Source of the DNA: Candidatus Fermentibacteraceae bacterium
Lineage (GTDB): Bacteria; Fermentibacterota; Fermentibacteria; Fermentibacterales; JCC-6
Length of the DNA stretch: 45,283 nucleotides
Direction of reading: 5' to 3'
Assembly (NCBI GenBank): GCA_041686025.1
Contig: JAWLEP010000007.1
Coordinates: 20,290-65,572 of the forward strand
Shown: positions 1 to 8,447 of the stretch, piece after piece
How the letters are laid out: each line of letters starts with the position of its first letter
Numbering within the stretch: the first letter of the stretch is position 1
The notes under the pieces: generated by a model
What the model was told of the DNA's origin: nothing
What the model saw: only the letters and a program-made list of their open reading frames with translations
Databases searched by the model: none
Translations under genes and position numbers: made by a program

Positions 1-59
1 GCTGGCTCAACGGCAAGGGCGGAGGGCCGGAGGAGGAGGAGGAGGACCCCACCCCCTGA
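1..59 (+). CDS. 3' end of an upstream gene (partial)
   Basis: Frame 3 reads WLNGKGGGPEEEEEDPTP then TGA at 57-59 with GC-rich third positions; start is outside the window. Confidence 0.4.
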   Translation, partial: WLNGKGGGPEEEEEDPTP

Positions 60-156
60 CGCGGGGTCCGCTTGCGGCGGTCTTGTTCCCTTGCGCTATG
101 GGCTTATGTTGGAGCAGCCGAATCCAATCCTGCAGCTCTCTATCATCGGGAGGAAC

Positions 157-840
157 ATGAGACCACTGGCCGCCCTTGCCCTGATGTGCCTGGCCGCCGG
201 GCCCGCCGCCGCAGAGGTCTTCGATACGGCGGCGGAGGCCCTGATGGCCCCCTACTCCTGGGAAGAGGACCAGCGGCTGGAGCTGGAGAGCTTTCCCTCC
301 TACATCCGCCCCAGCCTGGCAGATCTGGTTGCCGGCTACAACGGCTTCCGGCCGGGGATCACTCCAGAGGACACCAATGAGTGGATGGCGCGGCAGATGG
401 CCGGCCTGGAGCGGGGCTTCATCGTTTTGGGAGAGAGTCCCTCGATGCCGCTTCTGGCCAGGGACTACACCTCCTCCGCCCCAATCTCCCGCAACTGGGA
501 GGGTCGGCCGGGCGAGCCACTGGAGGAGGCGGTGCACGCGGTGACCTGGCTGCGCCAGGACCCGGATACGCCCCTGGAGCCCTTCCTGCTTATCCTGGCG
601 GCCCACAGGGCCAGGGCGGCCTGGGAGTGCTACGCCTCCCTGTACTACCCGGAGGCTTCCGAGCCGGTGTACGCCGGCGGGATGCAGACGGCGGCCGACA
701 TCTACGGGGTAGTCCTTTCCGAGGCCCTCTCCCACCCAGACCCGGCCGTGCAGTGGCTGGCCGGCGAGCTGGACGACCTCCCATGGGTCTACATGGACGT
801 CTCCGGTCTGGTACCGTCCGGCACCCGGGCCGGTCCCTGA
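157..840 (+). CDS. Hypothetical secreted protein
   Basis: GGGAGGA RBS before ATG157; signal peptide MRPLAALALMCLAAGPAAA; no family recognised. Confidence 0.75.
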   Translation: MRPLAALALMCLAAGPAAAEVFDTAAEALMAPYSWEEDQRLELESFPSYIRPSLADLVAGYNGFRPGITPEDTNEWMARQMAGLERGFIVLGESPSMPLLARDYTSSAPISRNWEGRPGEPLEEAVHAVTWLRQDPDTPLEPFLLILAAHRARAAWECYASLYYPEASEPVYAGGMQTAADIYGVVLSEALSHPDPAVQWLAGELDDLPWVYMDVSGLVPSGTRAGP

Positions 841-894
841 GGGGATCAGCCCCACCGGCCCCATGGCAGCATCGGACACGCGCCATCGGCGCAT

Positions 895-924
895 TTGACA
901 TTTCCTAGACAGTCACTGTACAAT
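895..924 (+). promoter_or_regulatory. Sigma70-type promoter
   Basis: TTGACA(895-900)-18 nt-TACAAT(919-924) upstream of the 971 gene. Confidence 0.7.
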
Positions 925-970
925 CTTGTCGGACTGAACACCTGAAATCTGAGAGAGGGAGGCTTTGGGG

Positions 971-1987
971 ATGATGAGATGGCTGCTGGTCTTTGCCCTG
1001 GCCCTGGCGGCGCTGGCCGCCGCCGCGGACCGGGTAGTCCTCCTGGAGGACTTCACGAACAGCGGGTGCGGTCCCTGCTGGAGCTTCGAGCCCACGCTCA
1101 ACTCCTTCGTCAACGATCACCTGGCTGCGGGTGACCTGGCGGTGATAAGGGTCCACGTGAGCTGGCCCTCCGCCAACGATCCCATCTACCTGGCCAACCC
1201 CACCGAGCAGAACGCCAGGAAGTCCTACTACGGCGTCAACGCCGTCCCCTGGATCCAGTTCGACGGAGTCATCAAGGCCAGCACCAGTGGAGCCGGGCTC
1301 AACAACGCCTTCAACAACAGGATAGACGTGCCCACCAACCTCAGCATCTTCGTGGCCCGTAACGGCGACGACCAGACGGGAACCATCAGCGTAGGCCTGG
1401 TGGCCGAGGACGAGATAGAGACCAGCGTCCCCATAAGGCTGTTCGCCACCGTGGTGGAGGACGAGGTGCCGGGCGCGGGCTACTGGTCGGGCGACTACTT
1501 CTACCAGGCCTTCCGCAAAAACCTGTTCGGAGTGGCGGGCCCGGAGGTGGATTTCAGCGGCCCCTACCCGGACACGATCTACTTCGAGACGGAGTACGAT
1601 ATCACCGACTGGGTGGCCGACAACCTGCACCTGGCCACCTTCGTCCAGGAGTACTCGAGCTCCGACAAGGAGGTCATCAACGCCCGCTACGACAAGTTCA
1701 TGGACCTGCAGACGGGCATAGAGGGCGGCTGGCTGATGCCGCAGTCACCCCAGATGACCCTGGGGCCCAACCCCTCCAGCGGAACGGTCTCCGTGACCCC
1801 CATGCTTCCCGAGGGTGCGGCCGGCACGGTAACCGTCTACGACGTCTCCGGCCGCCGGGTGGCCGCCGGGCGAGCGGTGAACGGCGTTCCCGGAAGCTTC
1901 GACCTTGGCGCCTCCGGCGTTTACCTGGTAAGGCTGACCACGGACTCCGGAGCCGCGGTCTCCCGCACGGTGGCCGTTATCAGATAG
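971..1987 (+). CDS. Omp28-like thioredoxin-fold secreted protein with T9SS-type C-terminal sorting domain
   Basis: Signal peptide; VLLEDFTNSGCGPC (CxxC); YGVNAVP cis-Pro loop; C-terminal PNPSSG...VYDVSGRRV...SGVYLVRL tail. Confidence 0.8.
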   Translation: MMRWLLVFALALAALAAAADRVVLLEDFTNSGCGPCWSFEPTLNSFVNDHLAAGDLAVIRVHVSWPSANDPIYLANPTEQNARKSYYGVNAVPWIQFDGVIKASTSGAGLNNAFNNRIDVPTNLSIFVARNGDDQTGTISVGLVAEDEIETSVPIRLFATVVEDEVPGAGYWSGDYFYQAFRKNLFGVAGPEVDFSGPYPDTIYFETEYDITDWVADNLHLATFVQEYSSSDKEVINARYDKFMDLQTGIEGGWLMPQSPQMTLGPNPSSGTVSVTPMLPEGAAGTVTVYDVSGRRVAAGRAVNGVPGSFDLGASGVYLVRLTTDSGAAVSRTVAVIR

Positions 1988-2000
1988 GAATCAGGCAGAA

Positions 2001-2026
2001 GGGGCGGGGAGCGGCCGCTCCCCCGC
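2001..2026 (+). terminator. GC-rich hairpin after the 971 gene
   Basis: GGGGAGCG/CGCTCCCC inverted repeat; no clear U tract. Confidence 0.4.
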
Positions 2027-2085
2027 GACCTTCCCCCCAGTTCCATCCCGCACAGGCAGCATCAGCCCTTTCTCCCGGCGAGCTA

Positions 2086-2304
2086 ATGAACATGTTCGAG
2101 TCGAGGGAAAGGAGCGGCACAGTGGAGAGCTGCGACAGCGGAACATACGGCAGAAAGATCGGCCCCCATTACGACAGGTGGTACTCCGAGGTAGACCCCG
2201 CCATGCTGGAAGTACTGGAGAGCAGGTGGGGAGGATGGTCGGAGGAGTCCTTCCGCGACGGCTGCGGCAGCCACGTCTCCGTCTACGTTCTGCCCGATGG
2301 ATAG
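2086..2304 (+). pseudogene. Probable internally deleted class I SAM-dependent methyltransferase (72 aa)
   Basis: N-part TYGRKIGPHYDRWY and C-part LESRWGGWSEESF...SHVSVY resemble the two ends of a methyltransferase family; the GxGxG core is missing. Confidence 0.55.
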
Positions 2305-2812
2305 CGTCGGCCCCGGGAGGTCCTACGGGGCGCCCTGGGGAACCTCGCTGAAGGTGATGACCGCGGTGACCTGCCTCATCCTGGTGGCTGTGGCGGTCTC
2401 CGGCGTCGTCACCTCCGAGGGGGACGGCACCAGGATCGCCGTCATGGTGGGGATCCCCGCCCTGCTCCTGCTGGCCGCCCTGCCCTTCGTCGTCCGGGGC
2501 TACAGGCTGGAGGGCAGCCGCCTCGTGATCCGTCGGCTGCTCTGGGAAACCGCAGTCGACCTGCAGGGCCTTCGCAGCGCCCGTCACCATCCCGGAGCCA
2601 TGTCCGGGTCGGTAAGGACCTTCGGCAACGGCGGGCTGTTCTCCTTCACCGGGAGGTTCCGCAACAGCAGCCTGGGGCCGTACCGGGCATGGGTGACCGA
2701 CCCCAAGCTGGCCGTTGTGATCGAGCTTGCGGACCGCACGCTGGTGGTGTCCCCCGACCGTCCCCGGGAGATGGCGGAAACACTGTCCCGGCTTGCCCCG
2801 GAGGCCGGCTGA
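2297..2812 (+). CDS. Bacterial PH-domain membrane protein
   Basis: Two N-terminal TM helices; RTFGNGGLFSFTG motif; VVSPDRP near the end. Confidence 0.75.
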   Translation: MDSVGPGRSYGAPWGTSLKVMTAVTCLILVAVAVSGVVTSEGDGTRIAVMVGIPALLLLAALPFVVRGYRLEGSRLVIRRLLWETAVDLQGLRSARHHPGAMSGSVRTFGNGGLFSFTGRFRNSSLGPYRAWVTDPKLAVVIELADRTLVVSPDRPREMAETLSRLAPEAG

Positions 2813-2929
2813 GGGCTTGTATTCCGGTGCATCTCTCCGCCCCGGGCCAGGTTGCTGGGGGTACGTCTATTTGTAATAATGATGGTTCCGCACGACCGAG
2901 AATGATCAACCTGCAGAGAAGGTGGGAGT

Positions 2930-4459
2930 ATGCGAGCAGACGAGATACTCAGCAGACTGGGAGTGGAGACCGGCTCCCCCAACCCGGGGGCGCACGTAGG
3001 GGGCCGGGGCCCCCTGGAGGTATCCGGGGAGACCATGGAGTCCGAGAACCCGTCCGACGGCGCCCGTCTGGCGGAGATCGTCCAGGCCTCCGGTGATGAC
3101 TTCAATACCGTGGTGGAGGCCGCCGACTCCTCCTTCCGCAGCTGGAGGATGGTTCCGGCGCCGGTGCGGGGGGAGATGGTCAGGCAGCTGGGCAACGCCC
3201 TGAGGGAGCTGAAGGAGCCCCTGGGCGACCTGATCACGCTGGAGATGGGCAAGATACGGGCCGAGGGCCACGGCGAGGTGCAGGAGATGATAGACATCTG
3301 CGACTTCGCCGTGGGACTCTCCCGGCAGCTCTACGGCAAGTCCATGCACTCCGAGCGGGAGCGGCACAGGATGTACGAGCAGTGGCACCCCCTGGGCCCC
3401 ATAGGGGTGGTGACCTCCTTCAACTTCCCCATGGCCGTCTGGGCCTGGAACGCCGCCATCGCCGCCGTCTGCGGCGACACGGTGGTGTGGAAGCCCTCCA
3501 GCAAGGTCCCCCTCTGCGCCGTCGCGGTGCAGAAGGTGGCCGACCGGATACAGTCCGAGATGGGATACGAGGGAATCTTCAACCTGGCCGCAGGCCCCGG
3601 CCGGACGGTGGGCCAGAGCATGCTGGAGGACGAGAGGCTGCCTCTGGTGAGCTTCACCGGCTCCTGCCGGATGGGCCGCAGGGTCTCCAAGACGGTGGCC
3701 GCCCGGTTCGGGCGGACCATACTGGAGCTGGGGGGCAACAACGCCGCCATAGTCACCCCGTCGGCGGACCTGGACCTGGCCACCGACAGCATACTCTTCG
3801 CCGCGGTGGGCACAGCCGGGCAGCGCTGCACCACCAACCGCCGCCTGATCGTCCACGGCGACGTCTCCAACGCAATGGTGGACCGTCTGGTCAAGCGGTA
3901 CGAGTCCGTCTCCATCGGCGACCCCCTGGACGACTCCACGCTGATGGGGCCCCTGGTGACCGAGGGTGCGGTTGAGGACATGATGAAGGCCCTGGAGGCC
4001 GCCCGGGAGCAGGGCGGCGAGGTGCTCACAGGCGGGAAGGTCCGGGAGGACCTGGGCCCCCGCTACGTTACCCCGGCCATCGTCCGCATGCCCCGGCAGA
4101 CCGACATCGTCCGGGACGAGACCTTCGCCCCCATACTCTACGTAATGGAGTACACGGACATCGCCGACGCCATCCGGATACACAACGACGTGCCGCAGGG
4201 CCTGTCCAGCAGCCTGTTCGGCCGGGACCTGCTGGAGGTGGAGACCTTCCTCTCCCACATGGGCTCGGACTGCGGCATAGCCAATGTGAACACCGGCACC
4301 TCCGGCGCGGAGATCGGAGGAGCCTTCGGCGGCGAGAAGGAGACCGGAGGCGGCCGGGAGTCCGGCTCCGACTCCTGGAAGGCCTACATGCGCCGACAGA
4401 CCTGCACCATCAACTACAGCGGGGGAATGGAGCTGGCGCAGGGAATAGACTTCGGCTGA
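2930..4459 (+). CDS. Aldehyde dehydrogenase family 7 (piperideine-6-carboxylate/aminoadipate-semialdehyde dehydrogenase-like)
   Basis: SFNFP, WKPS, FTGS, LELGGNNA, catalytic GQRCT, ETFAP, GAEIGGAFGGEKETGGGRESGSDSWK. Confidence 0.92.
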   Translation: MRADEILSRLGVETGSPNPGAHVGGRGPLEVSGETMESENPSDGARLAEIVQASGDDFNTVVEAADSSFRSWRMVPAPVRGEMVRQLGNALRELKEPLGDLITLEMGKIRAEGHGEVQEMIDICDFAVGLSRQLYGKSMHSERERHRMYEQWHPLGPIGVVTSFNFPMAVWAWNAAIAAVCGDTVVWKPSSKVPLCAVAVQKVADRIQSEMGYEGIFNLAAGPGRTVGQSMLEDERLPLVSFTGSCRMGRRVSKTVAARFGRTILELGGNNAAIVTPSADLDLATDSILFAAVGTAGQRCTTNRRLIVHGDVSNAMVDRLVKRYESVSIGDPLDDSTLMGPLVTEGAVEDMMKALEAAREQGGEVLTGGKVREDLGPRYVTPAIVRMPRQTDIVRDETFAPILYVMEYTDIADAIRIHNDVPQGLSSSLFGRDLLEVETFLSHMGSDCGIANVNTGTSGAEIGGAFGGEKETGGGRESGSDSWKAYMRRQTCTINYSGGMELAQGIDFG

Positions 4460-4468
4460 TCCCCGCTT

Positions 4469-4498
4469 GCGGCGGGGGCGCGCCGGCGTCCCCGCCGC
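4469..4498. terminator. Hairpin between convergent genes
   Basis: GCGGCGGGG...CCCCGCCGC inverted repeat between the ALDH stop and the cNMP-protein stop. Confidence 0.45.
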
Positions 4499-4993
4499 CT
4501 ACCTCATGGTGCTTCTGATGTCCATGACCAGCTTGCGTATCGACGGGTCGTCGCGGAGGTCGGACTTCCCCGCCAGACCGGAGAGCATCCTGTCGGCCCT
4601 TCTCATCTTGCCCGCGGAGACCTTGCCCAGAGCCACCAGCATCCGCAGGGCCAGTTCCGGCGCGTGCCCGACAACCTGCAGGAAGTTCTCCCTGCTCATG
4701 GCGTAGACCGTGCTGGTCCCCCGGGAGCGCACGGTGGCCGACCGCTCACTCCCGTCGAAGAAGGAGACCTCCCCGAAGACGTCACCGTCAATCAGCCTGG
4801 CCAGGGTGATGGCGCTGTCGCCCACGCCCTCCACCACCTCCAGCTCCCCGCTCTCGACGATGTAGAAGGCGGTGGAAAGCTCTCCCTGGTGGATTAGGCC
4901 CTCCCCGTCGGTGAGGGTCATCTCGTCGTAGAGGTGGATGATGTCCTCATGCTCCAGAACGTTCTCGTTTCCGAAGAGCAGTCCCTCTCTCAT
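4499..4993 (-). CDS. Cyclic nucleotide-binding domain protein (no HTH)
   Basis: FYIVESGELEV, GDVFGEVSFFDGSERSATV; ATG4993 with GGAAGGGAG upstream. Confidence 0.85.
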   Translation of the reverse strand: MREGLLFGNENVLEHEDIIHLYDEMTLTDGEGLIHQGELSTAFYIVESGELEVVEGVGDSAITLARLIDGDVFGEVSFFDGSERSATVRSRGTSTVYAMSRENFLQVVGHAPELALRMLVALGKVSAGKMRRADRMLSGLAGKSDLRDDPSIRKLVMDIRSTMR

Positions 4994-5182
4994 CGGCGGC
5001 TCCCTTCCCCAGAGACATGCAAGGCGCGCTCGGCGCCACTCCTTCTTGACCATATGTGAATATTCGGGCAGTTTCCAGATGCCTCCCGGCCGACCCGGGG
5101 GCTATCAGGATTTCTCTATCAGGCGGCTGCGGGGTTCCGGGCGCTTCCCCGCATACCGACCATACCCTTGAAGGGAGGGCGC

Positions 5183-5482
5183 ATGGCGGCTGCTGGAGGT
5201 GCCGCGGCGGCGGGCGCGGCAGGTGCTGCTGCGGCGATAGCCAACGCGGTAAAGGCTTCGGGCGTGCTTATCAGGCTGAAGCCCGAGGAGATGCAGAAGG
5301 TCTTCGGCAGGATGTCGGACCCGGCCGTGGTGGTGGTGGGCAGGACGGGTGTCTTCACCAAGAAGAACCAGTACCTGACCTCCTGGAGGGGGCTGGCGTT
5401 CTACTGCAAGACCGAGGAGCAGCTTCCGCTCCCCACCTGTGCGGAGGTGGTCTCCGCCAAGAGCATCTGGGTCCCCTCCTGA
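5183..5482 (+). CDS. Small hypothetical protein
   Basis: GGGAGG RBS before ATG5183; Ala/Gly-rich N-terminus followed by a globular part. Confidence 0.7.
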   Translation: MAAAGGAAAAGAAGAAAAIANAVKASGVLIRLKPEEMQKVFGRMSDPAVVVVGRTGVFTKKNQYLTSWRGLAFYCKTEEQLPLPTCAEVVSAKSIWVPS

Positions 5483-5492
5483 GGATGGGGGT

Positions 5493-5540
5493 TTGACCCC
5501 CGGGGGTCCAGTTCGCCATACTGTTGCAAATGACTTGCGA
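5493..5540 (+). promoter_or_regulatory. Promoter and putative Zur operator of the zinc operon
   Basis: TTGACC(5493)-18 nt-CATACT(5517); imperfect palindrome TTGCAAATGACTTGCGA (5524-5540) overlapping ATG5530. Confidence 0.55.
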
Positions 5541-5976
5541 TAAGTGGAAGCGAAGCGCAATTGCAGATCTGAGGCGGCAGGGGCTGCGCATCACGCCGCT
5601 GAAGAGGCGGATCATCGGGCTTTTCGAAAAGGGCGCCTGCGGGGTCTCCGCCGGAGAGGTGCACGGGATGCTGGACGCCGGAAGCGACCTCTCCGCCGTC
5701 TACAGATGCCTGGCCTCCCTGGAGGAGGCCGGGTTCCTCCGGGACTGCATGTCCGGCGACGGTCTCAGGCGTTATCGCCTCGCCGGCCGCTGGGACGACA
5801 GGCACGACCACCTCAGCTGTGCGCGCTGCGGAAGGGTCACCCGGGTACCCGCCGAGATCTCCGCTCCGCTGAGGCGGAAGCTGGAGGAGCTGTACGGCTT
5901 CAGTATAGAGCACCTGGACCTGAGGGGGGAAGGCGTATGTCCGGAATGCATCGAAGACGGGAGCCGGGAGGGATGA
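5530..5976 (+). CDS. zur: Fur-family regulator, probably Zur
   Basis: GLRITPLKRRII, AVYRCL, RHDHLSCARCG and CPEC; leads znuACB. Confidence 0.85.
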   Translation: MTCDKWKRSAIADLRRQGLRITPLKRRIIGLFEKGACGVSAGEVHGMLDAGSDLSAVYRCLASLEEAGFLRDCMSGDGLRRYRLAGRWDDRHDHLSCARCGRVTRVPAEISAPLRRKLEELYGFSIEHLDLRGEGVCPECIEDGSREG

Positions 5977-6866
5977 TGCGGCAGGCGGCCCTGGTGACTG
6001 TGGCGGTCCTGACGACCCTCTCCTGCGGAGGGGGCGGGCCCTCCCGCTCCGGCGACATCCCCCTGGTCATGGTGAGCATACCGCCGCAGGAGTACTTCGT
6101 GGAGAGGATCGCCGGCGGAAGGGTGGAGGTAGACGCGGCCCTTCCTCCGGGGGCCAGCCCTGCCACCTACGAGCCCGGGCCTGCGGAGATGCGGCAGGTG
6201 TCGGAGGCCGACCTCTACCTCTCCATAGGCGTCCCCTTCGAGAGCGCCTGGCTGCCCAGGCTGGAGTCCGCCAACCCCGACCTGCCCGTCGTGGCCACCC
6301 ATCGGGGAGTGGACCGGCGCCCCATAGACAGGTACGGCGCCCACGCCGAAGGGGAAGAGCACGGCCACGGCCATGAGCACGGCTCACCCGACCCGCACAT
6401 CTGGCTCTCCCCCGAGCTGGTGAGGCTGCAGGCGGACACCATAGCGGCGGCCCTTGCCCGACTGGACCCCGGGGGGGACAGCGCCTACGCCGTCAACCTG
6501 GCTTCCTTCGGGCGGGAGATAGACAGCCTGCAGACCGGAATCAGGGCCGTACTGGAGGCGGTCCGGGGGGACACCTTCGTGGTCTTCCACCCCTCATGGG
6601 GCTACTTCGCCGACGAGTTCGGCCTGTACCAGCTACCCATCGAGGTGCGGGGCCAGGAGCCCTCCCCCTCCGAGCTGGCCAGGCTCGTGGAGGTAGCGGA
6701 GGGACTCTCCGATCCCGTGGTGCTGGTGGCGCCCCAGTTCAGCCGCCGCTCGGCGCAGACCCTGGCCGGGGAGATAGGGGCCCGGCTGGAGGAGGCAGAC
6801 CCCCTGGCCCGGGACTGGGCCTCCAGCCTGCAGGCGGTGGCCAGGCGGATCGCGGGCAGCCGATGA
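5973..6866 (+). CDS. znuA: Zinc ABC transporter substrate-binding lipoprotein
   Basis: Lipobox TLSC; His-rich loop HAEGEEHGHGHEHG; DPHIWLSP; FHPSWGYFA. Confidence 0.9.
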   Translation: MMRQAALVTVAVLTTLSCGGGGPSRSGDIPLVMVSIPPQEYFVERIAGGRVEVDAALPPGASPATYEPGPAEMRQVSEADLYLSIGVPFESAWLPRLESANPDLPVVATHRGVDRRPIDRYGAHAEGEEHGHGHEHGSPDPHIWLSPELVRLQADTIAAALARLDPGGDSAYAVNLASFGREIDSLQTGIRAVLEAVRGDTFVVFHPSWGYFADEFGLYQLPIEVRGQEPSPSELARLVEVAEGLSDPVVLVAPQFSRRSAQTLAGEIGARLEEADPLARDWASSLQAVARRIAGSR

Positions 6867-7639
6867 GCGCCAATGTGGTGGAGCTGGAGAACGTCACCCA
6901 CTCCTTCTCCTCCGGCCATCCCGTCCTCCGCAACGTCAGCCTGGAGGTGGAGCACAAAGACTTCCTGGCCGTCATCGGCCCCAACGGCGGCGGAAAGACC
7001 ACTCTGCTGAAGATCGTCCTGGGCCTGCTGAAGCCCGACAGCGGCAGGGTCAGGGTCTTCGGACGGCCACCGGCGAAGGCCCGCAGGCGCATGGGCTACG
7101 TGCCCCAGGACACCACATTCAAGCGCGACTTTCCCATTCGGGCGCTGGACGCGGTGCTCATGGGTCGGCTGCAGGGCATTCGGCCCTTCGCAGGATACTC
7201 CCGCGGAGACCGGGAGGCGGCCCTGGAGCGGATGTCCATGCTGGGCATAGAGGACCTGGCCGAGAAGAAGGTGGGGAACCTCTCCGGAGGACAGAGGCAG
7301 AGGGTGTTCATAGCCCGGGCCCTGGCCACCGACCCGGACCTGCTGCTGCTGGACGAGCCGGCCGGCAGCGTGGACCCCAGCAACCAGGAGAGCTTCTACC
7401 ACCTTCTCGGAGAGCTCAACGACAGGATCACCATCGTCATGGTCACCCACGACATAGGGGCGGTCTCGTCCTACGTGAAGACCGTGGCCTGCCTGAACGT
7501 GGGTCTGGCCAGCCACGGGGAGGGACTGGACCACGAGTCCATGGCCGAGGCCTACGGCTGCCCCATCGAGCTTCTGGCCCACGGAGTCCCCCACCGGCTG
7601 CTGGGGGAGAAGAGGGACCTGGAGGGCGGCAATGATTGA
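6863..7639 (+). CDS. znuC: Zinc ABC transporter ATP-binding protein
   Basis: Walker A GPNGGGKTT; LSGGQRQR; LLLLDEP; ATGA overlap with znuA. Confidence 0.9.
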   Translation: MSANVVELENVTHSFSSGHPVLRNVSLEVEHKDFLAVIGPNGGGKTTLLKIVLGLLKPDSGRVRVFGRPPAKARRRMGYVPQDTTFKRDFPIRALDAVLMGRLQGIRPFAGYSRGDREAALERMSMLGIEDLAEKKVGNLSGGQRQRVFIARALATDPDLLLLDEPAGSVDPSNQESFYHLLGELNDRITIVMVTHDIGAVSSYVKTVACLNVGLASHGEGLDHESMAEAYGCPIELLAHGVPHRLLGEKRDLEGGND

Positions 7640-8438
7640 GGCGCTGGCCCAGTACACCTTCCTGCAGAACGCCTTTGCCGCGGCCCTGCTGGGGGCGGTG
7701 GCCGCCGGCGTGGTGGGCACGCTGGTCTCGGTGAACAGGATGTCGTCACTGGCGGGAAGCGTGGCCCACGCCTCCTTCGGCGGCCTGGGGCTGGCCTACG
7801 CCGCCTCCTTCCCCCACCTGCTGGGAGCGCTGCTGTTCAGCCTGGTCTCCGCCCTGGGAATCGGGGTCATCTCCCTCCGCTACCGGGAGCGGGCGGATAC
7901 GGCCATCGCCGCCTTCTGGGCCATTGGCATGGCCGCCGGCCTGGTGCTGATCAAGCTCTCCGGCGGCTACGCCGTGGACCTGATGAGCTACCTGTTCGGC
8001 AGCATCATGGCCGTCCCCGGGCGGGACCTTCTGCTGATGGCCCTCCTGGACGTGGCAGTTCTGCTCTTCGTCACCGGCTTCTTCCGCGAGCTGGTGGCCA
8101 TCTCCTACGACTCCGAGTTCAGCCGCGTCCAGGGGATTCACGTGGGCCTTCTCTTCATGCTGTTTCTCTGCGTGGTGGCCCTCACCGTGGTTATGCTGAT
8201 CAGGGTGGTGGGCCTGATCATGGTGATCGCCATGCTGACCATTCCTCCCGCCATCGCCAGGATGTTCGTGGGAAGGATGGGAAGGATGATGGCCGCGTCC
8301 GCCGTCATTGCCGCCGTACTGAGTGTTGGGGGTCTGGTTCTGGCCTGGTACACGGGCCTGCAGGGCGGGCCCATGATCATACTCCTCTCCGGCGCCATCT
8401 ACCTGACGGCCTTCCTGGTGCGGGGGGAGTCCTCCTAG
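7632..8438 (+). CDS. znuB: Zinc ABC transporter permease
   Basis: AHASFGG, DLMSYLFGSI; multiple TM helices. Confidence 0.9.
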   Translation: MIEALAQYTFLQNAFAAALLGAVAAGVVGTLVSVNRMSSLAGSVAHASFGGLGLAYAASFPHLLGALLFSLVSALGIGVISLRYRERADTAIAAFWAIGMAAGLVLIKLSGGYAVDLMSYLFGSIMAVPGRDLLLMALLDVAVLLFVTGFFRELVAISYDSEFSRVQGIHVGLLFMLFLCVVALTVVMLIRVVGLIMVIAMLTIPPAIARMFVGRMGRMMAASAVIAAVLSVGGLVLAWYTGLQGGPMIILLSGAIYLTAFLVRGESS

Positions 8439-8447
8439 CCCCGGTGG

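Noticed and set aside
2930..4459. ALDH7 and the class III aminotransferase as a lysine catabolic pair
   Set aside because: The genes are about 22 kb apart and the aminotransferase substrate cannot be assigned from sequence
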